Below, one piece after another: positions 15,937-25,350 of a stretch of DNA of 64,000 nucleotides (position 1 is its first letter; each line of letters begins with the position of its first letter). The DNA is from Anaerolineae bacterium (lineage in GTDB: Bacteria; Chloroflexota; Anaerolineae; Aggregatilineales; Phototrophicaceae). A program made the position numbers and the translations under genes. The stretch spans positions 6,507 to 70,506 of the forward strand of contig JACSRP010000145.1 of assembly GCA_014879665.1 (NCBI GenBank), given 5' to 3'. The notes beneath the pieces were generated by a model. The model had not been told where the DNA came from. It did not search any database and saw only the letters and a program-made list of their open reading frames with translations.

Positions 15937-17457
15937 TTAGCGCTGGCGCCGCACCTCACCTACATATGTCACGCTGTTTGTGATGGTGACCGTCTCAAAC
16001 AGTGTGCCGGGGGTATATGCTCCATCAGCATATAGGCCGTCCGTCGCAATGCCAGACGAACTTCCGCCAGAGTAGATATCATAAGTGACGCCTTGCGTAA
16101 GCTCGGGGGAAGAGAACACGACGGATTGGAAGGCTTTGGCGGGCGCAAAAGTTAGAATTTCTTCGCCGTCGCTGGTCTGGATATGAACCAGCGTGCCAGG
16201 GCTGTACGGCTCAGCATAGTTGATCAGCATCGAGAATTGGCTTGAGCTGTCGCCGGGTGCTTGTGGCATTCCGGCGCTGCCAGCTGCGATCAGCAGGCCG
16301 CCGCTGATGTTGAACGTGAGGTCATAATCAAGCGTGCCGTTATCGAACCCTGTTGGCCCGTTGACAATGACCACGCCGCCGGTCATTTCGATGGAACCGT
16401 TGGAATCCAGCCCGTCGCCCTCAGCGCTGACCACGATATAGCCGCCGTTGATATGCAGATAATACGGGCTGTTCGGGTCGCCCATAAAGCCACCGGGCTG
16501 CCCCTGTGCTGGCGCGGTATTCGTCGTTGTGATTTCGGCGTCATCTGGCGCCGAGACATTGATGCCATCATCCGTTGAGACAACGCGGATCTCGCCGCCA
16601 TTGATCACGATAAAAGCGCCCTCGATCCCCTCTTCCGAATCCAGCACATTGATGCTGCCATCGTTAATTACGAGGTTATATTCCGAGTGGATGCCATCGC
16701 CGCCCGCAGTAATCACGAACTCGCCGGCGTTCATGGTAAAATCACGATCAGATTGAACGCCATCATCTTCTGCGGTAATTGTGAAATTTCCCCCTTCAAT
16801 TAAGATGACGCTTTCTTGTTCGCTGGATTTTAAGCCATCGCCTTCGGATGCGTTCAGCGTGTACACGCCGCCGTTAATAGTGATTGCATCGTTGCCACGC
16901 AAAGCATCGTCTACGGCATTGATGATGATGATCGGGTTATCGCTGATGGTGAGGCTGTCGTCAGTGCTGATTCCATCCTGAAAATTAGCGTTCACTATTA
17001 GACTTCCTGTGCCGTTAATGATCAGATCAACATCGCTGAACAATGCAGCTTCAGGCTCATCGTCTTCTTCGCTGGCGTAAACATATTCTGCAGCATCGTT
17101 GAGCGTATTCTCGCTGCCTTCAGCCAGCGTAACGGTGAGCACGCTGGCGCTTTGTGCGTAAATGGGCGCGCTTATGGAACTGCTGATAGTTACCCCATTC
17201 AAAATCAGTGTTACTGCCGCATCTTCCGGCGCATTGATCAAGATTTGCCCATCATTCAATGCGCCGCTCAGGCTGTAAGTGCCTGCATCCGAAATAGTGA
17301 TCATCCCGCTCTCAGCCGCCGCGCCTCCGCCTGCAACCTCTCCTGATGCGCCGTTCAGCGTGATGAACGTAATTTCTTCCTGCGCGCTGGCCATACTCAT
17401 GCTGGACAGCCCTACCATCAGCGCCGCGACGGCGCCTGCTAACTGTCTGACTTTCAT
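15937..17457 (-). CDS. Secreted carbohydrate-binding beta-helix protein (Cthe_2159 family)
   Basis: After a signal peptide it reads ITFITLNGASGEV...ITISDAGTYSLSGALNDGQILINA...VTLILNGVTISSSISAPIYAQ. Repeated DDG(I/V) beta-helix rungs then match the Cthe_2159-type family. Confidence 0.75.
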   Translation of the reverse strand: MKVRQLAGAVAALMVGLSSMSMASAQEEITFITLNGASGEVAGGGAAAESGMITISDAGTYSLSGALNDGQILINAPEDAAVTLILNGVTISSSISAPIYAQSASVLTVTLAEGSENTLNDAAEYVYASEEDDEPEAALFSDVDLIINGTGSLIVNANFQDGISTDDSLTISDNPIIIINAVDDALRGNDAITINGGVYTLNASEGDGLKSSEQESVILIEGGNFTITAEDDGVQSDRDFTMNAGEFVITAGGDGIHSEYNLVINDGSINVLDSEEGIEGAFIVINGGEIRVVSTDDGINVSAPDDAEITTTNTAPAQGQPGGFMGDPNSPYYLHINGGYIVVSAEGDGLDSNGSIEMTGGVVIVNGPTGFDNGTLDYDLTFNISGGLLIAAGSAGMPQAPGDSSSQFSMLINYAEPYSPGTLVHIQTSDGEEILTFAPAKAFQSVVFSSPELTQGVTYDIYSGGSSSGIATDGLYADGAYTPGTLFETVTITNSVTYVGEVRRQR

Positions 17458-17657
17458 ATTGGAAATCCTCTCTGTGGATGTTGTTTTGCGGGCGCACTTT
17501 TAGTATGCCCATGGTTAATGCCCTGATTATGGTAGAAGGATGTTTAAAATATGTTTTGCAAACGTAAATTTTTTGCTCACCGGTAGGCTTGTTGAAAAGC
17601 TGTTCTATTGGGATAATAATCGCGAGGAAATTGCTTGGTTTATGGGTGGAGGTCGTT

Positions 17658-18236
17658 ATGGCAGAAACAGCAATGAGTAATCAGGCAGTAAAAAGTGAAA
17701 TTCAACGGTCGTGGTGGCTATGGCTGGTGTGGGGCATCTCCGCCGTGTTTATTGGCGTTCTGCTGATCACGCGGCCAGTGATCACGGGACTCAATATTGT
17801 CGTCTTTGTCGGTATCTGGTGGATTGTGTCCGGCATTATTGACGTGATCACCGCTGTCTTAAGGCGACAAGGGCCGTGGGGCTGGTTCATCTTCACCGGT
17901 ATCGTCAGCATTCTTGCCGGCGTGATCTTCGTCACCCGCCCGATCATCAGCGGAGTTGTGACGCTTCAGATTATCTACTTTGTTCTCGCCTTCACGTTTA
18001 TTTTCACCGGCATCGTACGTATCTTCGCAGGTTGGCGTAATGCCAGTGGCATCGGCTACACCTGGACATGGGGCAGCCTGCTGATCGGCATCATCCTCGT
18101 CCTGTTTGGCGGCATGATGCTGTTCAATTCGAACGATCTGGCGTTCTTGAACGTGCTGACCTTCGCCGGTATTCTGGCGATCACCTCCGGTGTGATGGCC
18201 ATCCTCTTCGGCTTTCAGGTGCGCTCACTGAAATAA
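17658..18236 (+). CDS. HdeD-family (DUF308) membrane protein
   Basis: ATG at 17658 is preceded by GGTGGAGG. There are six hydrophobic helices with the DUF308-like WW..L.G..S...G repeats. The upstream in-frame extension from 17589 lies in an AT-rich promoter-like region. Confidence 0.7.
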   Translation: MAETAMSNQAVKSEIQRSWWLWLVWGISAVFIGVLLITRPVITGLNIVVFVGIWWIVSGIIDVITAVLRRQGPWGWFIFTGIVSILAGVIFVTRPIISGVVTLQIIYFVLAFTFIFTGIVRIFAGWRNASGIGYTWTWGSLLIGIILVLFGGMMLFNSNDLAFLNVLTFAGILAITSGVMAILFGFQVRSLK

Positions 18237-18260
18237 GCTAAGTGTGTTTAAGTTTACTCA

Positions 18261-18292
18261 CAGGGGCGTGTTCAACATGCCCCTGTTTGATT
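18261..18292 (+). terminator. Rho-independent terminator after the HdeD-family gene
   Basis: A 10-bp stem (caggggcgtg / catgcccctg, one G-U pair) with a 6-nt loop is followed by TTTGATT. Confidence 0.6.
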
Positions 18293-18305
18293 CACGCTGC
18301 CTTCA

Positions 18306-19748
18306 CTAGCCGTTCTTGATCATGACATGTTTGGTGATGCGATAGTCGTTCACCGATTCGTGAGAGAGGTCTTTGCCGAAGCCGGACTGTTTGAAGCCGC
18401 CATGCGGCGTTTCTGAAGCGACCGGAATATGATCGTTAATCCATACCGCCCCGAACTCTAGATCGCGGCTGAGGCGCATTGCCCGGCCAATATCCTGCGT
18501 CCATAGGCTGGCGGCGAGACCGTAGAGTACATCGTTTCCGAGCTGGAGGGCTTGCACTTCGGTGTCAAACGTGCTGATAGTTAACACCGGCCCGAAGATT
18601 TCATTCTGAATGATCTCAGACTTTTGATCGGCATCCACAATCACGGTTGGCAGATAGAAATAGCCGCCGCCCATTTCCAGCGGTGCGCCGCCAGTCAGCA
18701 CTCTTGCGCCCGCCGCTTTTGCGCGCTCTACGAAACCCTGCACCCGCCCCAGATGTGCGCCAGAGATCAGCGGCCCCATCGCTGCACCCTCGTCATACGG
18801 ACGGCCCACTTTGACCGCGCGCATCGCTTCGGTCACCGCCTCAATCACGGCTTTAGCGCAGCTGTTCTCTACATACAGGCGGGTGGCCGCTGTGCAATCC
18901 TGCCCGGTGTTAAAAGTTGAAGTCTGGCTGGCGACGGCGGCCACGTTTTCAATATTGGCATCGTCAAACACGATGAACGGCGCTTTGCCGCCCAGTTCAA
19001 GATGTACGCGCTTCAGAGTGTCAGCAGCAGTTTTCATAATCTTCTTGCCGGTACCGGTAGAGCCGGTTAAGCTGACCATCCGTACGTCAGGATGTTCAAC
19101 CAGCGCTTGCCCGGTTTCGCCCCCGCCGGTGATCACATTGACCACGCCCGGCGGTATCCCCGCTTCGGCGCAGAGTTCCGCCAGCATCAAGGTGGTGATC
19201 GGCGTATTCGGGGCTGGCTTCAAGACTACTGTGCAACCCGCTGCCAGCGCCGGGCCAAGTTTCCATACCGCCATCATCAACGGATAGTTCCATGGGGTAA
19301 TTTGCCCGACCACGCCCACCGGCTCTTTGCGGAACATGGAAGTATAGCCCTGCGCGTATTCGCCAGCGGAATAGCCGTGTGTGTCGCGTGCGGCGGCGGC
19401 GAAGAAACGTAAGTTATCTACCGTGAAGGGGATATCTGCGCCCAGGCTGACGGAGTCATAAGGTTTCCCGGTGTTATCGCTTTCAGCGCGGGCGAAGGTC
19501 TCTTTGTGCTGTTCTAAGAGATCGCCCAATCGCCAGATTGCCAGTGAGCGTTCGGAAGGGGTGAGCCGTGACCATCGCCCATCGTAGAAGGCTTCGTGCG
19601 CTGCGGAAACCGCCACATCTACATCTTTGGGGGTGGCGTTGACCGCCTCCGCAATCTGATCGCCAGTGGCGGGGTTTTCTATCGGCATCATGCCACCGCC
19701 GATGCTGTCTACCCATTCATTGTTGATCCACAGCCTGCATTGTTTCAT
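18306..19748 (-). CDS. NAD(P)-dependent aldehyde dehydrogenase
   Basis: It has the ALDH Glu motif LELGGKAP and the Cys motif GQDCTAATR, at a typical length of 480 aa. Substrate cannot be assigned. Confidence 0.85.
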   Translation of the reverse strand: MKQCRLWINNEWVDSIGGGMMPIENPATGDQIAEAVNATPKDVDVAVSAAHEAFYDGRWSRLTPSERSLAIWRLGDLLEQHKETFARAESDNTGKPYDSVSLGADIPFTVDNLRFFAAAARDTHGYSAGEYAQGYTSMFRKEPVGVVGQITPWNYPLMMAVWKLGPALAAGCTVVLKPAPNTPITTLMLAELCAEAGIPPGVVNVITGGGETGQALVEHPDVRMVSLTGSTGTGKKIMKTAADTLKRVHLELGGKAPFIVFDDANIENVAAVASQTSTFNTGQDCTAATRLYVENSCAKAVIEAVTEAMRAVKVGRPYDEGAAMGPLISGAHLGRVQGFVERAKAAGARVLTGGAPLEMGGGYFYLPTVIVDADQKSEIIQNEIFGPVLTISTFDTEVQALQLGNDVLYGLAASLWTQDIGRAMRLSRDLEFGAVWINDHIPVASETPHGGFKQSGFGKDLSHESVNDYRITKHVMIKNG

Positions 19749-19805
19749 GCTGCCCCCCGTTTGCCTGCCTGAATCATCATTTACGTTAGCGGAATGATTG
19801 TTCCG

Positions 19806-20363
19806 CTACGAACTTAGCACCTGCATCGAATCGATTTTGCGGTGACGGCGGATATAGCCCTTATTCACCACCCGCGCCTCTTCGATGAAGGTGAAGGCGG
19901 CGGGGTTAATCTCGTTCACCACGTCCACAATTTGCGGCACATCCCTGCGCGTAGCGATGGTATGCAGCATCTCCGTCGGGCCTTCATGCCCTGCGCCTTG
20001 CGCCTCGGTCACGCCGAAGCCACGCTTGCGCAGTTCCTCCGCAATTTCTTTGCCTTTAGCTTTGGCAAGAATGTTGATTCGTACGTAGCTGACGATAAAC
20101 CGCGCTTCGATGGCCATACCCACCCAGTTGCCGACGGCGAAACCCACGCTGTAGGCGGCAAGATTTAGAAGATTTGAAAGATCGGTGGCGACCCCGGCAA
20201 TCGTCACCGCAAAGGTGAGCGCTTCAAAGAAGGCTAGCACCACTGTCAGCGCGCGCTGCTGCCGCGCCATCACGATCAGCCTGATCGTCCCGATGCCGTT
20301 GTTGAAGATTCGCAGAATGAATATGATCAGAGCAGTTATCAATGCTTCAGTTGTAATCGTCAT
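19806..20363 (-). CDS. UPF0316 / DUF2179-family membrane protein
   Basis: Three N-terminal TM helices are followed by a soluble C-terminal domain (GVTEAQGAGHEG...). The architecture is that of B. subtilis YebE-like UPF0316 proteins. Confidence 0.65.
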   Translation of the reverse strand: MTITTEALITALIIFILRIFNNGIGTIRLIVMARQQRALTVVLAFFEALTFAVTIAGVATDLSNLLNLAAYSVGFAVGNWVGMAIEARFIVSYVRINILAKAKGKEIAEELRKRGFGVTEAQGAGHEGPTEMLHTIATRRDVPQIVDVVNEINPAAFTFIEEARVVNKGYIRRHRKIDSMQVLSS

Positions 20364-20475
20364 GTTTTTCGCCCTCTACCATCGCTGCGACTCCATAGGT
20401 AAGCATACCAAAATCCAGAGCAACCGGGTAAGGTAACATCGGATGACTTGTACGCGCGGCTTAGACCTAAGCAGG

Positions 20476-21633
20476 CTAGAGATAGCGCCGGTAAACACCT
20501 TCTAATTCTGCGCCAATTTCATCCCAGTTGAAGCGCTGTATCGCAAGCGTATGCGCGCGCCTGCCCATCTCGTGGCGGAAGGCTGAATCGCTTAACAATT
20601 GGCTCAGCGCCCGCGCAATTTGATCTACCTGCGGCTCAACGATCAATGCCGCGCCGGCTTCTTCCGCGTCTGGCAGGTTGCAGCCCGGCGAGAGCAGCAG
20701 CGGCAGCCCTGCGGCCATAGCTTCTAATGCGGCCAGCGGCAGTCCTTCGCCGGTAGCAGGCAGGGCAAATATGTCTGCGGCGGCCAGTGCAGCTAGACGA
20801 TCCGCGCCCTCCAGATAGCCTGCATAAATGATGCGATCACTCAGCATCGGGCGCAGCGCCGAAAGTGCGCCATCATCTGCCCCGGCAAAGACCAGCTTCG
20901 CGCCGCGAACATTTGCCCATTTGAAGGCTTGCGCCAGTTCAATTACGCCTTTGCGCGGGTGCAGCCTGCCTAAAAACAAACAGATCATGCTGTCAGCCAA
21001 CCCATGACGTTGGCGAAAGGCAAGATCGCCTTCCAGCCCTTCAAAGGCGGCGACATCTACGCCGTTCGGGATCACGAACAGCCCCGGTTCTTGAACGCCT
21101 AGCTGCTTCCACAGCGCAGCGGTATCCGCCTTTTCGGCTTCGGTCAGGCAGATCACAGCATTCATCGCGCTGGCAATGCGACGGCTGAACAGGCGATCCC
21201 AGCTTTGTTTCAACAGGCTGCGCCCGGTGCTCTGTGTCAGCGTACCGTGCGGTGAAAGCATCAATGGGTGACGTGAGGCGGCGGCAAGCGGGGCAATCGT
21301 CAGGTTTTCCATCGTGCGAAATTCATGCAAATGGGTGATGTCTGCCCAATCCAGCCATTTGCGCGCCGCTTCTTTCAGCCCGCGCGGGGTAGATAGATTG
21401 GCTTTTCCTCGCAGCCGAACGGAGCGATTTTGAAGCCGGATGACGCGAACGCCCTCCATGACCTCATCTTCATGATGTTGATAGCGTTCGTTCTGGCTGA
21501 AGGCGTCGGTGGTTAATACCGTCACGTTATGCCCGCGTGCCAGCACTGCCTTAGCCATCCCTTCAACAGCGCGGGCAACCCCGCCAAAGGCATAGGCCGG
21601 GGCGTAATAGGGCGTTACATGCAGAATGTTCAA
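20476..21633 (-). CDS. Glycosyltransferase family 4
   Basis: It has the N-terminal MNILHVTPYYAPAYAFGGVARAV motif and a C-terminal GT-B EX7E-like region (PATGEGLPLAALEAMAAGLP). Confidence 0.8.
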   Translation of the reverse strand: MNILHVTPYYAPAYAFGGVARAVEGMAKAVLARGHNVTVLTTDAFSQNERYQHHEDEVMEGVRVIRLQNRSVRLRGKANLSTPRGLKEAARKWLDWADITHLHEFRTMENLTIAPLAAASRHPLMLSPHGTLTQSTGRSLLKQSWDRLFSRRIASAMNAVICLTEAEKADTAALWKQLGVQEPGLFVIPNGVDVAAFEGLEGDLAFRQRHGLADSMICLFLGRLHPRKGVIELAQAFKWANVRGAKLVFAGADDGALSALRPMLSDRIIYAGYLEGADRLAALAAADIFALPATGEGLPLAALEAMAAGLPLLLSPGCNLPDAEEAGAALIVEPQVDQIARALSQLLSDSAFRHEMGRRAHTLAIQRFNWDEIGAELEGVYRRYL

Positions 21634-21714
21634 TCGAATTTATACTCACGCTGCGGGTATCATCAGGTATTATTGCGCGCTAGACACGACTCTACAATTC
21701 AGGAATACCTACCT

Positions 21715-22464
21715 ATGGAACTGTATCTCATCCGTCATGGCCAGAGCGTGAATAACGCGCTGCCAGAGGATCAGCCCCCTGTTCAGGATGCGCCATTGAC
21801 CGAACTTGGCTTAAAACAGGCGGAACAACTGGCCGTATATCTTGCCGATGGGGGCAACCGTGATCCCCGGTACAGCCCCGCGACAGGCTATGCTGAACGC
21901 GAGGAAACACCAACTTTCGGCATCACCGATTTGTATTGCAGCCCGATGCACCGCGCGCTGCAAACCACCCGGCCGGTGGCCGCTGCCTTGGGGCTAAAGC
22001 CGGAAATCTGGATTGATATTCACGAGCACGGCGGCGTTTATCAGACCACGCCCGATGGCATCGTCGGTTATCCGGGGCGAACCCGAACGCAGGTCATCGC
22101 CGATTTTCCAGATTATGTGTTACCAGAAGGCCTAACTGAAAATGGCTGGTGGAATGTCACGCTTGGCAGTGAGCCATATTACACCGCCGTGGCGCGCGCG
22201 ATTAAAGTAGCCACTGAGTTAAAACGCCGCGCAGTCGAAACCCCGCTGCAATCTGATGGCAGGCCGACGTGCATCGCCCTGATCTCGCATGGCACCTTCA
22301 TTGATGCGTTGATTAAGGCGCTGCTCAACCAGCTGCCAAACCGGGGATATTACTATCTGCACTATAACACTGGTATCACCCGCATTGATTTTGTAGAAAA
22401 CGAGCGCCTGCTTCTGCGCTATGTCAACCGCGTGCCACACCTGACGCCAGATATGATCTCGTGA
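21715..22464 (+). CDS. Histidine phosphatase family protein (phosphoglycerate mutase-like)
   Basis: The ATG at 21715 gives MELYLIRHGQSVNN (the RHG catalytic motif) and a downstream SHG (ALISHGTF). The longer ORF from 21529 overlaps the divergent GT4 gene and is rejected. Confidence 0.8.
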   Translation: MELYLIRHGQSVNNALPEDQPPVQDAPLTELGLKQAEQLAVYLADGGNRDPRYSPATGYAEREETPTFGITDLYCSPMHRALQTTRPVAAALGLKPEIWIDIHEHGGVYQTTPDGIVGYPGRTRTQVIADFPDYVLPEGLTENGWWNVTLGSEPYYTAVARAIKVATELKRRAVETPLQSDGRPTCIALISHGTFIDALIKALLNQLPNRGYYYLHYNTGITRIDFVENERLLLRYVNRVPHLTPDMIS

Positions 22465-22530
22465 CCTGCGGCATGGTGAAGTGTTTAATGAATTAGACAT
22501 GCGAGATTCACAAGACCGCCGCTGAGGAAA

Positions 22531-23820
22531 ATGATGGCTCAAGACCCATCGCTTCGACCGTTACATCATCTGTCGCCAGAGGAAGCGCAGCAGTTTTTTG
22601 GCGATGAATGCATGTTAGCCGATCCGGATTCTGTGAACCCGCTTGCCGGAGTGAAACGGGTGGCATTGTTTGCCGAGGCATTCTTGCCGAAGGTGGACGG
22701 GGTTTCCAAAACGGCATTTCTTACGCTGCGGTATCTCCAGCGAACCGGGCGTGAAGTGCTGGTTTTTGCGCCGGACATTGCCCCGCATTCTGTCGGCAGA
22801 ACCCGCGTAATTCCGCTGCCCTCGGTAGGCTGGCACAAAGCGCCGCAGTCACGGTTGGCGCTGCCGCATCCTTTAGTTGCCCAGTACTTGACCGCGTTCA
22901 AGCCAGATCTCATTCATCTTTTTAGCCCGGCGCTGCTGTCGCTAACCGGCATGACCGTGGGTCGCCAGCTTCGCGTACCGGTAGTCGCCAATTACCAGAC
23001 GGATTTGCCGGCCTATGCCAATCATTACAATTTGCACATCCTCAGCCATGCGATCAAAGAGGCGCTGCGCTATTTGCATAATCGCTGTCACTTAACGCTG
23101 GTACCTTCTCTTTGGACGGCAAAGCAGTTGGGCAACGAGGGATTCCGACGGCTGCGGCGCTGGGGGCGCGGGGTGAATGCCCGGCATTTCACGCCAGCGC
23201 GGCGTTCCGCAGAATGGCGGGGGAGGCTGGTCAACGGACGCGATCCCGATTCGCTGATGTGCATTTACGTCGGGCGGCTGGCGAACGAGAAGCGGGTAGA
23301 TTTGCTGCTAGAAGTAGCAAAGACTCCGGGCATTGCGCTAACAATCATCGGTGACGGCGGTATGCGTGGCGAGCTTGAGGCGCAGTTTGCCGGCACAAAC
23401 ACGTACTTCATGGGCGCCCTCTACGGCGATGATCTGGCGCATGCGTATGCCAGCGCCGACGTATTCCTGTTCACTGGTGTCTGCGAGACGTTCGGGCAGG
23501 TGGTACAAGAGGCGATGGCGTCGGGGTTGCCCTGCGTGATCGTGAATCAAGGCGGCATTACCGATCTGGTTGACGATGGTGTGAACGGTTTTGTCTGTCC
23601 GCTCGATCCGTTCGCGCTGGCGAATGCGGCGGCGATGCTGCGCGATGATCCCGAACTTCGCGCCCGCATGGCGGCGACTTCACGACAGATGGCCGGAATG
23701 AACCCATGGGAAGCCGTGATGGGGCAGCTAGAAGGCCATTACTGCGAGGCATTAACCCTTAACCAGCGCCTGAACCGTCAGATTCCGGCACAAACCGGCT
23801 TATTAGGTAAAATCATCTAG
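22531..23820 (+). CDS. Glycosyltransferase family 4
   Basis: It has RVALFAEAFLPKVDGVSKT at the N-terminus and a C-terminal ETFGQVVQEAMASGLP (EX7E) motif. The start codon is uncertain. Confidence 0.8.
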   Translation: MMAQDPSLRPLHHLSPEEAQQFFGDECMLADPDSVNPLAGVKRVALFAEAFLPKVDGVSKTAFLTLRYLQRTGREVLVFAPDIAPHSVGRTRVIPLPSVGWHKAPQSRLALPHPLVAQYLTAFKPDLIHLFSPALLSLTGMTVGRQLRVPVVANYQTDLPAYANHYNLHILSHAIKEALRYLHNRCHLTLVPSLWTAKQLGNEGFRRLRRWGRGVNARHFTPARRSAEWRGRLVNGRDPDSLMCIYVGRLANEKRVDLLLEVAKTPGIALTIIGDGGMRGELEAQFAGTNTYFMGALYGDDLAHAYASADVFLFTGVCETFGQVVQEAMASGLPCVIVNQGGITDLVDDGVNGFVCPLDPFALANAAAMLRDDPELRARMAATSRQMAGMNPWEAVMGQLEGHYCEALTLNQRLNRQIPAQTGLLGKII

Positions 23821-23851
23821 CTTGGTAATGCGCCCTCTGCGAGGAAATTTG

Positions 23852-24244
23852 ATGACCGGGTCTCCTAATGCGACACTCAAAACCGTGGCTTTGATCGCCC
23901 ATGATAATAAAAAAGACGAGATGATTGACTTCGCCAGCCAGCATAAAGATGTGCTTGCGAAATATCATCTGGTGGGAACCGGCACTACCGGGCGGCTGGT
24001 TTCCGAAAATACCGGATTAGAAGTGGAGCGGATGCTCTCTGGCCCGCTGGGCGGCGACGCAGAGATCGCGGCGCAGGTGGCCGAAGGAAAGATTGCAGCG
24101 GTATTTTTCTTCATTGATCCGCTGGGCAAACACCCGCACGATCCGGATATTAATACCCTGCTGCGTATCTGTAACGTCTATAATGTGCCGCTGGCAACCA
24201 ACATAGCGACGGCCACATACATCATTTCCGAACAGCGATTGTAA
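23852..24244 (+). CDS. mgsA: Methylglyoxal synthase
   Basis: It has the ALIAHDNKK, GTGTTG, SGPLGGD and HPHDPD motifs. GAGGA lies 6 nt upstream of the ATG at 23852. Confidence 0.9.
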   Translation: MTGSPNATLKTVALIAHDNKKDEMIDFASQHKDVLAKYHLVGTGTTGRLVSENTGLEVERMLSGPLGGDAEIAAQVAEGKIAAVFFFIDPLGKHPHDPDINTLLRICNVYNVPLATNIATATYIISEQRL

Positions 24245-24307
24245 GGCGTTAGCCAACTGCTAACGAAGGCTGCCCGAAAAACAACAGGCCTGAAATGCAG
24301 CCGGTTA

Positions 24308-25282
24308 TCACCCTCGTTTTTGTGCCCGTTTGATTACCAATGTCAGAAGCCGGTCGGCAAGGTAGGCCTGCGCAAAGCAAAAGATAATCAGTGCCAGCCC
24401 GATAAAAATGCCATAAGGCACTGTCGTCCAAATTTCCCCCGCACGCCCCAGATACAACATGCTCAAGCCCTGATCGCCAACCGCCGAAGCGCCGAACATC
24501 AGCAGCCATGTGGCCGGGTCGCCAATGCTGATCTGCCCGGCTAAAAATTGAGCCGCGCCATACACTAAAACGACTGTGACCCCAACGCGCATCAGAATCA
24601 GCAGCAGTTGCAGCAGAATGTTATAAGTGCGTTGTTCTACTACTGTGGAGATGAACAATCCAAAAGAGGCATCAAAGCCCGCCGCCGTGATCGGCAGCAG
24701 TATCGAGGCCGTCATTTGCAGCGCCAGCAGCAGCACCGCCGCGATCATACTGGTTTCGGGGATTACGCCGTTGATCAACAGATCAATGTAGCGCCCCTGA
24801 AATGCCGTCAGATCGTAAAGGATGCCAATGAGCAGCAGCACCCGCCCGGCAAGAATAATGCCTAGCAGCCCGCGCAAACGATAAAATACTGAAGCCCAGC
24901 GTGTGCGTAAGATCAGATCTGCCCCGCCGGGTGTAGCGCGTAAGTTATCCCAATGCCGCATTCGTCGTTCGCGGTTGATGGTGCCAGTAGTTAATAAAAG
25001 CGCGGCGACGCTCAGCAGGACTTGCAGCCCCAGCAGTGGAAAATATAGAACGTTGTTGATCGATTCGACCGGGTAGCTGCCGGGCTGCGCGCGTAAGAAG
25101 TTGGTCGCAAGCATGTAACCGATCAGCAGCAGCGCAGCGACAAACATAATCTCGCCGAAGGCACGAACAAGACGAACCCCGCGTGAAGGCTGTTCCCCAT
25201 GCCCGAGCTGGTACTGCATGACCGGGTTATCGGCGCGCGCCCAGCCGGGTAGTGTGGGAAAAAGACGGCGCATCATCGCCAT
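24308..25282 (-). CDS. Polytopic membrane protein, function unknown
   Basis: This 324-aa protein has about 6-7 hydrophobic helices and no catalytic motif I recognise. Confidence 0.6.
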   Translation of the reverse strand: MAMMRRLFPTLPGWARADNPVMQYQLGHGEQPSRGVRLVRAFGEIMFVAALLLIGYMLATNFLRAQPGSYPVESINNVLYFPLLGLQVLLSVAALLLTTGTINRERRMRHWDNLRATPGGADLILRTRWASVFYRLRGLLGIILAGRVLLLIGILYDLTAFQGRYIDLLINGVIPETSMIAAVLLLALQMTASILLPITAAGFDASFGLFISTVVEQRTYNILLQLLLILMRVGVTVVLVYGAAQFLAGQISIGDPATWLLMFGASAVGDQGLSMLYLGRAGEIWTTVPYGIFIGLALIIFCFAQAYLADRLLTLVIKRAQKRG

Positions 25283-25350
25283 ATCACCATATCCTGTCTA
25301 ACATCAATTCTTGAACCCCTCCACAGCGAGACTTTTAAAACACCCCCTGC

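Noticed and set aside
21529-21714. 5' extensions of track ORFs 21529..22464, 35483..37261, 54691..55881, 17589..18236, 62752..63123 and 2445..2966.
   Set aside because: The extensions overlap divergent upstream genes or promoter-like AT-rich DNA. Internal starts with Shine-Dalgarno-like sequences reproduce the canonical N-termini of the respective families.
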